Source: Catajapyx aquilonaris (taxonomy: Eukaryota). From it: DNA of 64,000 bases. The stretch is from assembly GCA_000934665.2 (NCBI GenBank), contig JYFJ02001101.1, forward strand, positions 1 through 64,000, in the 5' to 3' direction. A program made the translations under genes and the position numbers. Each line of letters starts with the position of its first letter. Position 1 is the stretch's first letter. The notes beneath the pieces were generated by a model that ran no database searches, was not told where the DNA came from, and saw nothing but the letters and a program-made list of their open reading frames with translations. Below are positions 26,801-40,685 of the stretch, piece by piece.

Positions 26801-29800
26801 AAACGACGAACGTTCCTCTTTTTTCCTAACAAACGTCTTCAAATCCCGCTGAGCCCAATTTTAATGGAGAGCTTCGTGTCTTGGTATTTGTCCGTGTCGT
26901 TGCCATACTACGGCTCCATTCCCAAGGTATACAGGGTGGTGTGCTGCCAAAGTTCGAAGTTTCGAGAGAAGGGAGTAAGTAGAAAGTGGGAAGGAAAAGT
27001 AATGCATTGTTTACCGCAGCAACCAGTTTCCAAGAGGAGAAAACGCCGTTGGAAGCAACGATTTACTTGTCCTGATTGCTCCTTCTCTTTGATTGCTAGG
27101 GGGATGCATTCAAATGACGCCTTTCGGTTTGCAGAAGTTTCTCACATTTTGGTCGAAATAAAGCCAGGTGTTGAGGCTAAATCTGAGTAGTTTCTTGACT
27201 CGAACTTACTGATGGCCAAGTAAGTTTTCCAAAGCAATTTAGAGTCCCACAATTATTTGACAAAAAGCATGATCCAATAAGAAATAATGCATTTTGACCC
27301 ATTTAAAACTTTAACAAGTTGAAATAGTTTGTCTTTTAATTTGAAATAATTCATCAGGCCTATCTTCATCTACATAAGTGTAAATATTGCTTATATTTGT
27401 TACAACTAAGCCAGAATTGTGATTAATACATTATGACCACTGGAACATCGATTTTTATTAGAAGATTTAAACTGGCTGATTGGGTACAATCCATAACTGT
27501 AGCTCTTAAACTGCTAGAGACATAGCTGATGGACCATCCTGTACACCCAGCAGTCATTCGAAGACGAAAATGGAATTACACCAAAGTAACGAAAATATGG
27601 ATTTTCCTTCGCAATTCGCATGTTTTTTCGAAGGCGTGCTGGAGTACAGTTGTGTAAAAATTCACTTCCTCCCTATTTTTCTTTTCCTTAACCTGCTTGC
27701 AGCCCGGGCGAGGAGGGATTCGCTGATGTGAAAACGCACATCTGGGGAATAGTAAAGCAAATTCTGCCGAAGGGGGAGAGGAGACCAAGGGACCAATAAG
27801 TGAGTCTTGTAGTTTAAGGTTGAGCACGTTTCTATTGGAGATTGGTCATCTGGGTCGGCTCTCTCGGGAACACTAAAGTCAGAAATAAAGGCGGGAATAT
27901 AATTGCTGGAGGTTTTAGTAGAAAGCAGCCAGTTTCTTTCAAGGAAGAAGAAGAAGAAGAAAAAAGTCCCAAAAACTGCATTATCGGTTTTTTCCTCTTT
28001 AAAACTGAAGTTTTGCTGCACCGGAATTCTTTTTCTTTTCCCTCCCGCACAAAACACGAGTAAGGTATGCCGAAAATGAGTTCCTTACAACAGGATATAA
28101 GAAAGTAACGTCTTTGTTGGTGGAAAAATGCAGGGCATGTGATGGATTTGTGTCTTTTGTGAGCAGACCGACTTGCTTCTTTTCGCTCGGGCAGCTTTCA
28201 TTCCTTGGGACTCGACTTTTACCTGAGAAATATATTGCACCTCCTGCTGCGAAGGGTTACAATGGTAGGAGAAGAAGGCACACAAGAAAATGATGAATTC
28301 TTTAACCTAGTTCTGGCTGGCTGCAGTCCATAACTGGAGCGGGTTTTGGACAGGTCCTCGAAACTACTGGTAATTAAACTTTGAGCAAATACTTTCCAAA
28401 ATGTCTTTCGCAAATTTTGCTTCCCTCCTGGGTAACGGAATCCGATGCCCGAAAACTAGGACTGCATAATGACCGTTTGGCCAAGACACTACTTGTCTTG
28501 CTGGGGGCCGAAAAAAAAACCTTTTTCGGCTTTTCCAAAGAGCTGTGCCCGATGTGGGCTAATTGAGAAACGTCTAGTTACTTGCCCGAGGAAACCATCT
28601 CTAATAATAATATGATCGATTTTTGGCGCCATGAAAAAGGATGTGATTGAATAAAAATGGACGGTGATCGACGTTCACATCGATAAATGACAAATTACAC
28701 GCGGAATCCTGAGTTGCAACAAGTCATTTGCGGCTGGAAAAATTGCTCATTACTAACTTTCATAAAAACTAGATTTGGACACTTTCTGGAATTGGAAGCA
28801 AGATTAGCACATGAATTGGTATTAAACTGGGGAATAAAAATGTTCCAGTTGTCGCAAATTTTTTCACTGATCAAAAGTTCCGTAATGGTCAAAATTCCGC
28901 TGCAAACAGGTATGTCATACTGCAAACGTGTTACTATTATTTTTAGCCGTGATTTTACCATCTGGAAAAATGTGAAAGGAAATTAGTCACGCAGCCACTT
29001 AGGGTCGATATCCTTTCATTTTATAAGTTAATGCCTCTCAAAAACCACCACTTTTGTGGACCAAAATTCAATTACAAAATGTCTACAAGGATAACGCAAG
29101 TGGCTTTTCCCGTAGGGTGAGAGAGCTGGTTGACCTAATGTCTGTCATTAAACATGCAGGTATAGCCTCTGCCCCTGGTTTAACCAAAAAAACACTGTTT
29201 ATATTGGCCGCATGTTTTTTAAAGGCTCAATCGGGCCCCCCCACCGAACACTAGGGAATTGTGAATTTTGTGGAAAACCTGTATAAGCATCAGCAATTTT
29301 ATCCGGTATCGGTACTTAAAATTTAAATGAGCCACGAAAATAAACAGGCTTAATTGTCTCTATTATTCCAGCGAAATTACCCGCGAGAAGCCATACACCA
29401 GTACGCCATTCTGGTGTAATTTAAAAACAACAGTTCGTGCCCCGTTTTATAGCAGTAAAGGCTCAAGTAGTAGCACGTCAGGTCTCTTTCAACATTTGCA
29501 TGATGGTAAAGTACTCTACATATTTTTCACTGGTCGTGTCATGAACCCTGGTGGCAAGTTAATTTCAAGATTGCAAGAGAGAAACCTAATTCATTACCAG
29601 CTCTCTCTCTTGCGCCACTTCCCCTTTTGTTTGCTGGCAGTGTCAACCTGGGGATTTGTAGACTTTAATGAGAAAGCTGGTGTACATGCTGTCCACACAT
29701 GACTGGCCGGGAGTGCAGCCATCGCACATGAGTGGTCGCCGCTGTTTAGGAAGCCATTGTAGCGTGCCTGACATGGTAATTGAGAGGACGAGATGCCAGT

Positions 29801-32800
29801 GATGGACATGCAGGCTGTGGCCCCATGCACTGAAAAAAAAGAACCACGAATTCCATATATTTTTGCGAAATATACAGCCCTGTGGATTTGGGCACGTGAA
29901 AATGTGTCCCAAACGCAATATGATCGTACGTTAATCGCTGCATGGCAGGCCAGACAAAAAGTGCTGCATGGATGGTAAACAAGCACATCTGGCACCATCA
30001 TTTTTGAAGAAGTTAGCGCAAAGTGGATTTATAGCAATGTGAAGTGCGCCCGAGGCGACTGAGAAATTAGTTTTAATTCAGGCTCCCCCAGTTCTCTGAT
30101 TACAATACGTCCCGGTCTTGAAGTTATGTATGAGGGGTTGGGTTTAGGCCTCTCCTCCTGCAAGATAGATTGCGGCAACCGGACGAGGTGTGGTGCACTC
30201 GCCTTATAAACGTCAAATTAGGCCTACCACACAGAGGTGTAATTAGCGGGAAAACGTTGCACATAAAGTAATTCCTAGCTCCTAACTTGCGAAAGTAAAT
30301 TATCTTTGCTCTCGAGCGAGGAACTTCCAGAGTGCTACTTAGGGGCCTCCCCAAATGCTCCGGCAGTGTCCCAGTCGAGACATTTTTTTTGTCATCTTCA
30401 CTTCGGCCCAAAAAAGTCTGGCCTAAACGTGCCATAGTTTCTGCATGATTTGGGAGGAAATTCTGTGTGGTAGGGAAGCGGGAATATACAGTGCGAGTAC
30501 GAATTTTCCGGCCCAGTCGCCGTCAAAGGAACGTTTTTTTCTGGCAAGTATTTGGCTAGAAGGCGAATAAAAAGTCACGCAATTTCCCGTGAAGAAAAGC
30601 TCTTAACTGCACACACAACATTGGTCTAGAAAAAGATGATCGGTATCTTGTGTGGGACTCACACGTCATCCGGAAGTTTCTATGACTGCCTGATAGGCTG
30701 CCTAATTCGGGGCGATTATATGCTCGCGGAATGAACTACTGAGCTCTCGTTATCAAGGAGGAATTAACTTTGTAGCGTCTGATAGTCATAATCATTCACT
30801 GCGTTTCCATCCAGGCAGCAGGACTGGTATAATTGGTAGTTGAAAATCTTCAGGTTCGCTCGCAGCTTGGCATTACGTGCAGAGTGCATGGTGTGTAGTG
30901 CAGCAATTCAAATGCATCAAGCACACTCCAATTGCAGGTTTTATCTGTTTAAACCATCTTATCAAAAGGCATTATTGTAAGAATACTGTTTTTCTAACAC
31001 TCGCTGCATTCTGCAATTTAATGCTGTTTAAAAGTTGTCTTGAGACTGATGAGATGATTGCGATAGGCTGCTGCATGATGTCTTTTAATCTTTAAAAGTA
31101 TTAATACTTGCAATAATTATGATTTAAGCAAAATTATCAGTAAGAATGTACGTCAGTTAAATGATTTGTTCCGTAAATTGTGGCATATGAAATATACGAT
31201 TTATGGCTAGTGTGTGTGGACAGTAATCCGACCTTCAATCTTGCCGACGTATTGCTTTTCTGCATGTGACATCAGAAGCGTGTCGTATCTAGCGTAGCAC
31301 TCTTTATGGCCCTATAACAAAGTCATAATGAGCGTACGTGAATTTAACCTCAACTCAGCAACGACAGCGAAAGATAATGGGTAAAAATCAGCTCTGAATG
31401 GCGAAATCGCAAAATCGTCACGTATGTCGTTTGTACTTGTCCTGAATCATTGCCTGATTATTCTTCGCACACAATTATTGCTGGGCCCAAAAAGACAGTT
31501 AATATTACAATGCGTCCAACTCGTGTATAATAATGAAAATTATATTTAGCGACGACCTGTTCATATTCATCAGGGTAGAATACCAAGTATGACATGTGCA
31601 TACGCATAATATGCTATAAATGCCAACATAGTGCCGACATGGAGAGCCATTACCGAATGCATTGGCCGCCGTGTTTGTTCAAGCACTATAATAGGACAAT
31701 CATTTTCACTGCGTCTATCCGAGCATGTATCTGTCAGCCGAGCGAAATTATTTTAAGCATCCGAGCAATTTTTAATTTAAACTTTACTTACTGATGTTAT
31801 TTTTTTTACATATTCTAGCCATTGTTGTAAAAATCGACATAATTAGCATCAGTCCAACTGACACTTTGTAATCCTTCTGAATCTTTCACCCTCCAGTGAT
31901 TCCGATAAAAGACTGCGGAGTGCACTTCTTTTTTATGGCCAGGCTCTTGAGGTATGCAATCGATCATGTTCAAGAAACATACGTAAGAACTTTCCTTACA
32001 CTCGTATTGATCACACCACACAGCATGATAATAATGCGTCTTCAGATAGTCCACTCGATGCACTCTGCATTGATGAACTGACCCTCCAAGTGACATCAAC
32101 CACTCATTTTTGGCGTGACATTCGGGCTTTTAGGGATGACAGCAATGTCCACGAAATAATCATGTTATTGCTCTATCCCAGACCATTTTTCCGAAGGACT
32201 TTTCATTCAGATGTTTACAAAACGACGGACTGCAAGACATGGCTCCAAAAGTGGATTTGTGTGTCGAATCTCCTGCTTATTGTTCTCATCTGAACCAAAA
32301 AAAGGTCCCCATTTTTTAATACATTGTCATCTGTGGGCAGTGACATGCATTCAAAACACGTTTCGTAGGTGCCTGGCTTTATTTGCGTACGTCACGCTCA
32401 TCGTAACCTTGGTTCTTAACAGTGTGTGTCTGCGACCATCATTCGTGCTCTTCATTGCTATAATTTAGAGAACAAGTTGGAACCCATAAGTCACGCGCAC
32501 TTAGAAGGAATATCGTTTTTATTACTGCCTTATATCAGTCCTGATTAATGAGGCATAAACAACCTGCCCCCATTTCTTTTCCCCTCTAGCTCTCTACCCC
32601 ACCACAGACATGAATTAAACAATGTAACGCTTTGATAAATGGTCCGGAAACCCTGTAATGTACCAATATTAGGAGTTACGCCACTTGAAAGTGTCCTCGA
32701 GAGAATAATTTTATTACCGTGTCACTTTGAAGATTAGGTTGTCACGTGCATAAATTACTTTTCTCCCGGACTAATTCTGGCAGAGTAAAGGTGGATTGAT

Positions 32801-35800
32801 CGGAAGAGGTTGCTAGGGGAAATAAAGAGGGTATAAAAAAACCCAAGTTCGAAAAGGGGGGGGGGGGGAGATGACAGTGATTAGGCGCGACGGACTAATG
32901 GGGAAGTGGAAAGAGAGTGAGGGGGGGAAAAGCCTCGGGCTGCTTCCTCTTATACCCCGGGACAAAGTTGGATGCTGTGCGAAGCGGTCGGGTCGACGGG
33001 ACACTTTATTGCGTTTCCTGATGACACGACTAGGGGGACAGGGTGAGAGTGACGAAGAGCTTATGTGAGGTTGGTTCCCTCGGATAAAAAAAAAGATACG
33101 TGGTTTTTTTTTGGGTGGAGAGTGATGCTGTGGCTGTATTTGCGATCTGGATCCGGAGGAATTAGTCAAGTGTCGTGGCATGGCGGGTCAGCATTTTTTT
33201 GGGGGAACGGCAAGAGAGAAGGGGCCAAATCCCAGGATGGTGATGCTCAGTTCAACATTAGACTGTTATTGATAACAGAATTTTACTAACATTTTAATCA
33301 AATCACAGTTGATTCGACTGAGATTGTCTCAGATTCATTTTGGCTCCCTTCGTCAACATTGCCAAAACTTCCCTCATAAAAATCGGTCTCCTGTAAAATT
33401 GCAAAAAATTGGTGCAGTTCCCCGCAATATGTAGCACAAACCCTGGCCATAAAGTGTCGCCTCATCAAATCTGACGCGATACACTTGATGAGATCCGGTT
33501 CTCTTGCAATTGGGACAACTTTTACAGATTTTTTTTTATCTCTGAGAGTGCAGTATATGGCCATAGCCAGCAGCCAGTCGAGATCAAGTTGAAAGAGTCG
33601 CAGAGGATTCCCTATTTGATCCTGCTCCGGTCGATGAGTTCACAGTTAATCAGGATCGTAGGATGGGGGGTGGTGGGCACATGTCCAAATTAACCCCTGG
33701 GCACAGCTGCTGTTTTCTGCCGCACCGTAGCGCTCTTACACACTGACCACTTTGATGGGAACTGTTTTTTAGCTTCACTTTTTTATATATACGTGTGTTT
33801 TATCCGGTCTCTAGCCAGATATATCGATTTTGAGTTGTCGCTTTAGAACAAAGAAGTGCAGAGAGGCGCAGGAAAAGCTCTCGCCAACGGATGAATAGGT
33901 TTACAGCAAAGTTTGTCGGCGGTAGTTTGATGGATTGGTGGTAGGGGATCATGACGCCGGCGGACAGCTCAGGAGGCGAGGAGGGATGTAAAACCTAATT
34001 ACTGAATAACTGGAATGGACCGAGAGCGCTTTTTCATCCGGAGAGCTACCCTCTTATAGTATATTCGCTCTCATCATTTTCCATGCGAACGGTGGCCTCA
34101 TTAGCGATATGTCTTCGAATTCCTGCTGCAACGCTGCCGGTGAGACTTGGTAACGACCCCCCCCCCTCCCTTCCAACCCTAAAATCTCTTCTGCCAGCTT
34201 GAATGCTTGGAAAGCATCCTTGCGAGAAAAGGGGAGGATGTCTGCTGTTGCATGCTGAATGCTCGTATAGGTCGTTTGTCATGCATCTCTACTCCCCACC
34301 ACCACCTCTGCACCTCTTCCTCTTTTCCTAATTCTCGCAAGCTTCCCTCTCTACGCCTCAGATTTTTCACGCTAATGATAGGAGTTGCACAGACGACCCC
34401 GAGGACTCGCTTTTCCTTGTTACTTCGAGTCCTCAGGAGCAGGATTCGCACAATGAGGGGAGGAATTTTCGAGTATCGAGTCGCGGGGCTTTAACATTTT
34501 TTTGGCTAAAGTTTTGTAAATGATGTTTTGCTGATATTGGGGGACTGCCAGTGGAATATTGACTTTAAGGTGCACGTAACCTTTTGGTGCCCCAATTACG
34601 TGCAGAGATCTGCCATCTTGCTGGCAACAACTTTGTAAGAAGAGGATCAATCCACGTGGGATTTTTACAAAGGTGGGTAGGTTAAATCTAGTTGATTACA
34701 GTTCATTGGAATCTACAGTACTGTTGTTTGAAAAACAAATATTGTGCTCAAGCTGCTGCAACTTTGTGTCATTCCAACAAAGGGCTCAGTGATGGCGAAT
34801 ACAGTGGAGGCATTCATGCCCAACGACGGGGAAGATAGGCTTTGATATATCCATGCAGGTTCCGGTACTGTACAGTGTACCCCATGCGACATTGCAAATG
34901 TATGTGGTGCGGATTGACTCTATTACACGGGGATAACGGGAGATCACAATCAAATGACACATTTTGAAACTCGGAATCACATCGGATAGGCTATATCAGA
35001 CATTTATTTTACTCGAAAGAGGAATACTCAACAAGCCACAACTTTCAATGTATAATGCACAGTATAAGATATAATAAACTTCCTCTAAGTATTATTTGGT
35101 TGACTCTTCTCTCACGGTCAGTTACGCCACATAAATTATATTGCAAACTTTGAAGCGGAGTTGTATACAAATAGCTTAGTTGTTAACAATATTATTGTTT
35201 GAAATTACATTCATTTGTTTGTTTAAATTTTCTTATCTCCAGTTGGAATGTTAGAACTAACTCATGATGGTGAGGTATTGCAATATTGTGAGTTCAAGGA
35301 ACACTGTCACAATAATAATTATCACAAGTAAAAGTCACGACTCTTTGTGATCATAAACCTATTCAATTTATTATTATTCCACTTATCATTAGTAATGTGG
35401 GTGTAGATAAAACCAATGAATAATAACACATTAATTGCACACGAGACCAATTTTATCGTTAAATTACTCTGTGCTGTTTATTCTGCAGAGACCGGCTTTA
35501 ATTACCCTCTGTACAACTGCAAAGCCAATAACAACAAATTTAAAAGTAATTATTCCGCCAAGTCAATGAAACGCAGAAACTCACATGAGTAGCCCCACGG
35601 TGAACATTACAATATTAGATGCAAATTCCTGGAAAGTGTGTTAATTAATTTAAAAAATCCACCGTATTTCCAACAGAATGAAAAGGAACAAACTAGGTTT
35701 TGTGAAGTGTGCACCCAAACTCGTTGTGTATTCTGGACCAGCAGCGAGCCAAGTTGTCCGAAAGTTGTGCATGTTCCTCACTCATGACTTGCAACACCCT

Positions 35801-35878
35801 CTTTCAAACTGACCTTCTCCAACAACTCCTGCGCCCAGTTAGCCAAAGACTCCAAGTAAAGACACCTCGAAACATTTT

Positions 35879-35901
35879 CTCTCTCTCTCTCTCTCTCTCT
35901 C
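35879..35901. repeat. (CT)n microsatellite
   Basis: About 11 CT units, read directly. Confidence 0.9.
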
Positions 35902-35911
35902 CTTTTTCCAG

Positions 35912-35991
35912 CAGCAGGGAGCGAAACTTCTGCCCGAACAAGCTTTCCTTCAAGGTTGGCCAGAAGTCCCTCCGGCGCTGATTCCGGAGCG
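35912..35991 (+). other. Candidate ~80-bp spliceosomal exon (coding status unknown)
   Basis: A long (CT)n/CCTTTTTC tract, then tandem CAG-CAG-CAG acceptors (first AG at 35910-11), and donor GCG|GTGAGT at 35991/35992. Two of three frames are open, but neither peptide is recognisable. Confidence 0.2.
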
Positions 35992-38900
35992 GTGAGTTCG
36001 ATTAAACCCTTATCTCATTACATTGGAGGTGCTTGATCTCCGGATACTGCATCTCTCCCGAGTGGCTCCCACTTCTTCTAGCCCTTTTTCCTCTCTTCTT
36101 CTTCGCACAGCTGCTCCTCAATTAATAGTCTTAGACCATCGTCAGGATCACTTGATTCCCAGACTTCCTGCTGGGCCACCACGCCCCGGAATAGGGGAAG
36201 TTCAACACTTGACACATTGTCGTTAGCATCCGAATGCTTCCTCTTTTAAGGGGGACATTTTTATCAAGGTCCGTAATTTAATTAGGAGACACCCTGTCTC
36301 CTGATGACAGCCGAAAAAAAGGGGTGAATCACCATACAAAGTCTGATTCATGCGGAAGTGACCACTCCCATCGAGCAGCTTGGTCTGATTAAGTGCTCAC
36401 GAATCGATTTCAAACCTGCAAAAATAGGGAAACCGGAAGTCAGTGGGTTGTAGTTTCATGTGTGACTAACTTGAACCTGATGGTTGGAGTCTATATTTTT
36501 TGTTATAAGTTATACACGCACAAAATTCTGACTCCACAGCCGGGGTTGAAGTGATGACATGCAGATCCCCACGCACGCCACATATCACTCCTGCAGCAAC
36601 ACACAGTGCGTGATGAAAGTGCGGTCATAATTGCGGCCAAGTTACTCAATTCCTGAGGGCGCCGATTTACGCGCATCAGGTCAAATTTGACCAAAATTTT
36701 GACACGCAATTTCCGGTTTTGCAAAATAAAATAAATTTTTGCACATTTTAATCGCGAAGGTTCCGATCCATATCATCGAGTTTGATCAATGAGTAAAGAC
36801 AGCAGGTGGAAGTAATGGGTCCACCTTTAGGGGTCAGCTGTGAGGTCACCCCTTTTGCCAAACTTGCTATCAGATCCAGGCCGGAGTAAAAGAGTCACGC
36901 CACTGCCAACAACGCTTTTCCACAAGAAGTCAATAACTAACTCCTGACGCCCCGTGTCTTTGCGGGTGACTGAGCAGGAACTAGAGTTTATTGCATTTCT
37001 GCTGCATTCCTTGCTAGAATGTGATTCACTGCAGTTTAAACCCCTTTGCTCCAAATCTACTCGGAGGAAAAGTCAGGACATCTGTCTGTTTCCAACTTGA
37101 GTATTTCGGCAGCTATGTCCGCAAAGATTTGTTTTTTTTGCGAAAAAATGAGCCGCATGGTCGCGCATCATTATTGACTCGACGACTATCGATTTGGCCA
37201 AAAAATGAGCCTTCTTACATAACCAGACACGCCTGTACATAAACCGAAGGATTAGGACCGTGTAAGCCAAACATATACTGCAGTTTGTTTTTTTTGCATC
37301 GGGTTTGCGTGATTTTGCACCTTTTTTGGGTGGAGAGGTGAGCATAGAACCGGATCGATGATCCGCGTAGGTTGTGCCACACCGTAGGCAAGCTATATCT
37401 TTTTTAAAACCCGTTCATCACACCAGGTTATTTTATTATTAAATAGGTTGGGGGCGGTATTTTTAGCGCTGGGGGAAATCTATCGGCTGCAGGGTGTAGC
37501 TGTGACGCTGCCGGAATACGTTTACAGGTAGAGAGTACGGCAGGTGCGCAGGTTTTCTGCGTGTGGAACCGTGGGAAAGGTTAAAGGTTAATAATCGGGG
37601 GCCGTTACGGGAAACCCCCTTTATTTTTGCGATGGCAGACAAAAAAAAATGGTTGCGTGAGAAAATTCGACATATGACGTTTCTTACCTTTAAAAAATTG
37701 AACGGGTTTTATGCCCTTGGTACGTATTAATATACGGAGCAAAGTACACACTGTTTGAGCTGCGTAGCATAATGCAAGCCTAGTGAACAATTTTAATACA
37801 ATGATTACATAATACTCATTGTCATGCAATCCGATAACGGGAGCGTGTATTTATGGTGTAAAATGTTTCCCGAAGTCACTGCAAAACAGTAGCCGCGTTG
37901 CATGTAGGGATGGCACAGACTCATTGTGTCCATGTTATTATTATACTGAACAATGACATTAATTATAGCTTACTTATTCAAAGTAATGAAATTTTCACCG
38001 ATCGTTCCCGATCAATGCAGCAAAATTGGAAATATCCAGGGGTTAACAGCAATAATGGAGCCAGGACCATCATCGGTACAGGTATGGGGAGGGAAATGAA
38101 TAAATTCTCGGCAGGTACAGGTCATGTGTTGGGTGTTTCTGGTTCCCCCGAAAAAAAGGTGTGTTGGGGTTGATAGGGGAGTAAGCTTGACTGAGCTTGC
38201 GCCGTTTTGTTCCGGGGCGGCGATGGTGGCGGCGCCGACGCCTCCTTCCCAGTGCAGTGCGGTACGGCATCGGGTGTGGATCATGGTCTCAGTTGCCAAA
38301 GCGCAAAAAAATTTAAGTGTAGGGCGCTGACACACACCCCATTTCCTTCCAATCTGGACGCATTTCAACACCTCTAGTGTTATGGCTCCAGTCGGTCTTC
38401 CTCATGGTGTACGTTGACAACAAACTTGTGAAACACCCGGTTGTGATGTCCGAGATGGTTGACACCTGCCAGTGGATTCTACACTAACCCTTCCGGATCT
38501 AAAAACCCGCGGCTATATAACCCCCACTCAAATCCGTTTGACCACAACTCGACCAGTCGGTGGTGAAGTGCGGTGCAATTTTATTCCGGTTGTGACCCTG
38601 GGTGGCCATCATGAGCGGCGTGGGTTGAATTTGACCCTTTAAAATATACTTCCCCTTATTTCCTCCCCATTTTAAAGTGTGGTGGTTGTGATAATAAGTC
38701 TAGCTGGTGGTCGGCTTGATGATGGGATTACCAGTGATTTTGTGAATAATAGCCATGTCCAACGTGCGGAGGCTATTGACAGTTACCCGGCTGGGTGGAA
38801 GTCAAGTGGGGGCCCTACAACTACTGCTAGGACTGGTTCTTCTGTGTGACTCAGGTACAGTAACATTGTGTCATTTGAAAATGAAGCGACGCACAATCAT

Positions 38901-39872
38901 GATAGGGATGAAACACAAATTTATGTAAACTAGTGACAAAGCACTCTTTTTGAGCTCCTGCATTGCGGGTACGAAAAACCGATAAAAGAGAGAGAAAAAT
39001 CTGTATCGCTGCATTTTACATATTTGTGGCAATCACGTTAATAACAGGCCAGTCTCGACATGAAAGACCAGTAATTAGGCGTGCGGGAGGTATTGTGCAA
39101 TGTATTTTAATTCATTAAATAGCCCACAGAGGAAACAAGCCCATCACTTTGTTGCTAATAACCTATTTGTTTCATTTACGGTACACCGGGGTTTGAACAA
39201 CTCGTGAATCGAACGATGTAAACGAAAGCCGCAAATTCGAGAGTTTTATCAATCTGTCGTTACTGCAGCGCTTCCAATGTTGAAAAACGCTTACCAAATA
39301 GGCAAATACGCAGCCTGCAAACGGCGCCACCATAGCAGACAGTGAAAGTTTTAGTCCACATGAAAAACATAATCGCCCTCATGCTGCCGAATATTTTTAG
39401 AGTAATTCTGCTCATTAACATTAATTTTTTCTGCTGAACATGGAGTAAGTTATAACATTACGTTAATAGTTAAAAAATAACGGTTACTTCCTACACGTCC
39501 GATGCTGCCCTCTGCGATTGTTTGGACGTTGTTTTACTTGGAAGCGACTAAATGAAGCAGAAAGTTGGCTGACATTAAAATTTTTTGCAGGCCTAAACGA
39601 ACTTAACCGACGTCGACAACTTTACATTTCTCTGGTACAGGAAGTCGTACTTGTGACATTTCAAAAGGAACTCGCGACTTTCTCCCCCTCCCCAGAATTT
39701 TACAGGTTTTCCAAAATGTCAGATCCTTCCACCCACCTGCTGTCCCCTGTAACACTGTAGTAACCGTAGTAGGCAGTGTCCAGCCCAGTGAATATTTCAG
39801 AAGAGCAGAAGTTAGTTCCGGGCCGCTTCCTTACCATGTTGAAGAGGGGGGGGGGGGTTGGAAGAACCCTAG

Positions 39873-39906
39873 CTCTCTCTCTCTCTCCCTCTCTCTCTCT
39901 CTCTCC
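39873..39906. repeat. Interrupted (CT)n microsatellite next to a poly-G tract
   Basis: CT run with one CC interruption; G12 at 39846-39857. Confidence 0.9.
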
Positions 39907-40237
39907 AGCCTGGCGTAATTCCATTTGCAAGCCAGCCCCATATCCAAGTCAATGAAACTTGTCCTTCCTGCAACCCCTCTCTCCCTTCCCCCCCTCCATT
40001 TCAGCAGGGGTCAGCCCTTGTCCCCCCCGCCTTGAAAGCCGCGACTTGCATTAATTCCCTTTGCCTTCGAATGCAATGAAGAAGGCTGGGTGTCGAGTAC
40101 GAGAGGGTGGTGTAGGGTTGGATAGTGTTTACCAGTAGGAGCAGCAGCGACCCCTCCAATAATGGAATTAGTTCGCCACAGGCTCTCTGGCAATCCGACT
40201 ATCCATTGGCACAAAAGCCGCTTCGTTAACATGGACG

Positions 40238-40685
40238 AGTCGCTAATATAGACTAGCAGCGATTTTAAAACTGGGGCTGAAAATAGCAATCTTTACTTTT
40301 GTGCCGAAATTATGAAACATTCCCGGAATGTACTATCAGCATTATTTTCTGTATCATTATCACGATGCTTTTCTTATGCGAGTGTGTCCACAATAACACC
40401 TACATTGTTAAAAATCAGAACAAACATCAAGAAAGCAGTAGGAATGAAAATCACAGCTATTAGTCGCTAATATCAACTAGCTGCGACTTTATAACTGGGG
40501 CTAAAAATAGCAATATGTACTTGCCGAAATTATGCAACAGAATTCTTGGAATATACTATCAGCACAGTATTAATCTGGACACTTTAACATGCTTTTCTTA
40601 TGGGAGAATGTCCATGATTATCCTGATAACATTGTTAAAGATCGGAACAAACTCCAGGAAAGCAGCGGTGAAAATCACGGCTATT
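40238..40685. repeat. Diverged head-to-tail tandem duplication, 2 x 224 bp
   Basis: Copy 1 (40238-40461) and copy 2 (40462-40685) share colinear blocks: AGTCGCTAATAT, AACTGGGGCTnAAAATAGCAAT, TGCCGAAATTATG, TACTATCAGCA, ATGCTTTTCTTATG, ACATTGTTAAA, GAACAAAC, GAAAGCAG and TGAAAATCACnGCTATT. Confidence 0.92.

Noticed and set aside
36551..36656. Two GTGATGA boxes and a CTGA suggesting a C/D snoRNA
   Set aside because: No terminal stem, no D' box and no recognisable rRNA-complementary guide.
38513..38560. TATA-like boxes (also near 19426, 22613, 58936 and 61711) as core promoters
   Set aside because: No convincing initiator at the expected ~30-bp spacing and no downstream gene.
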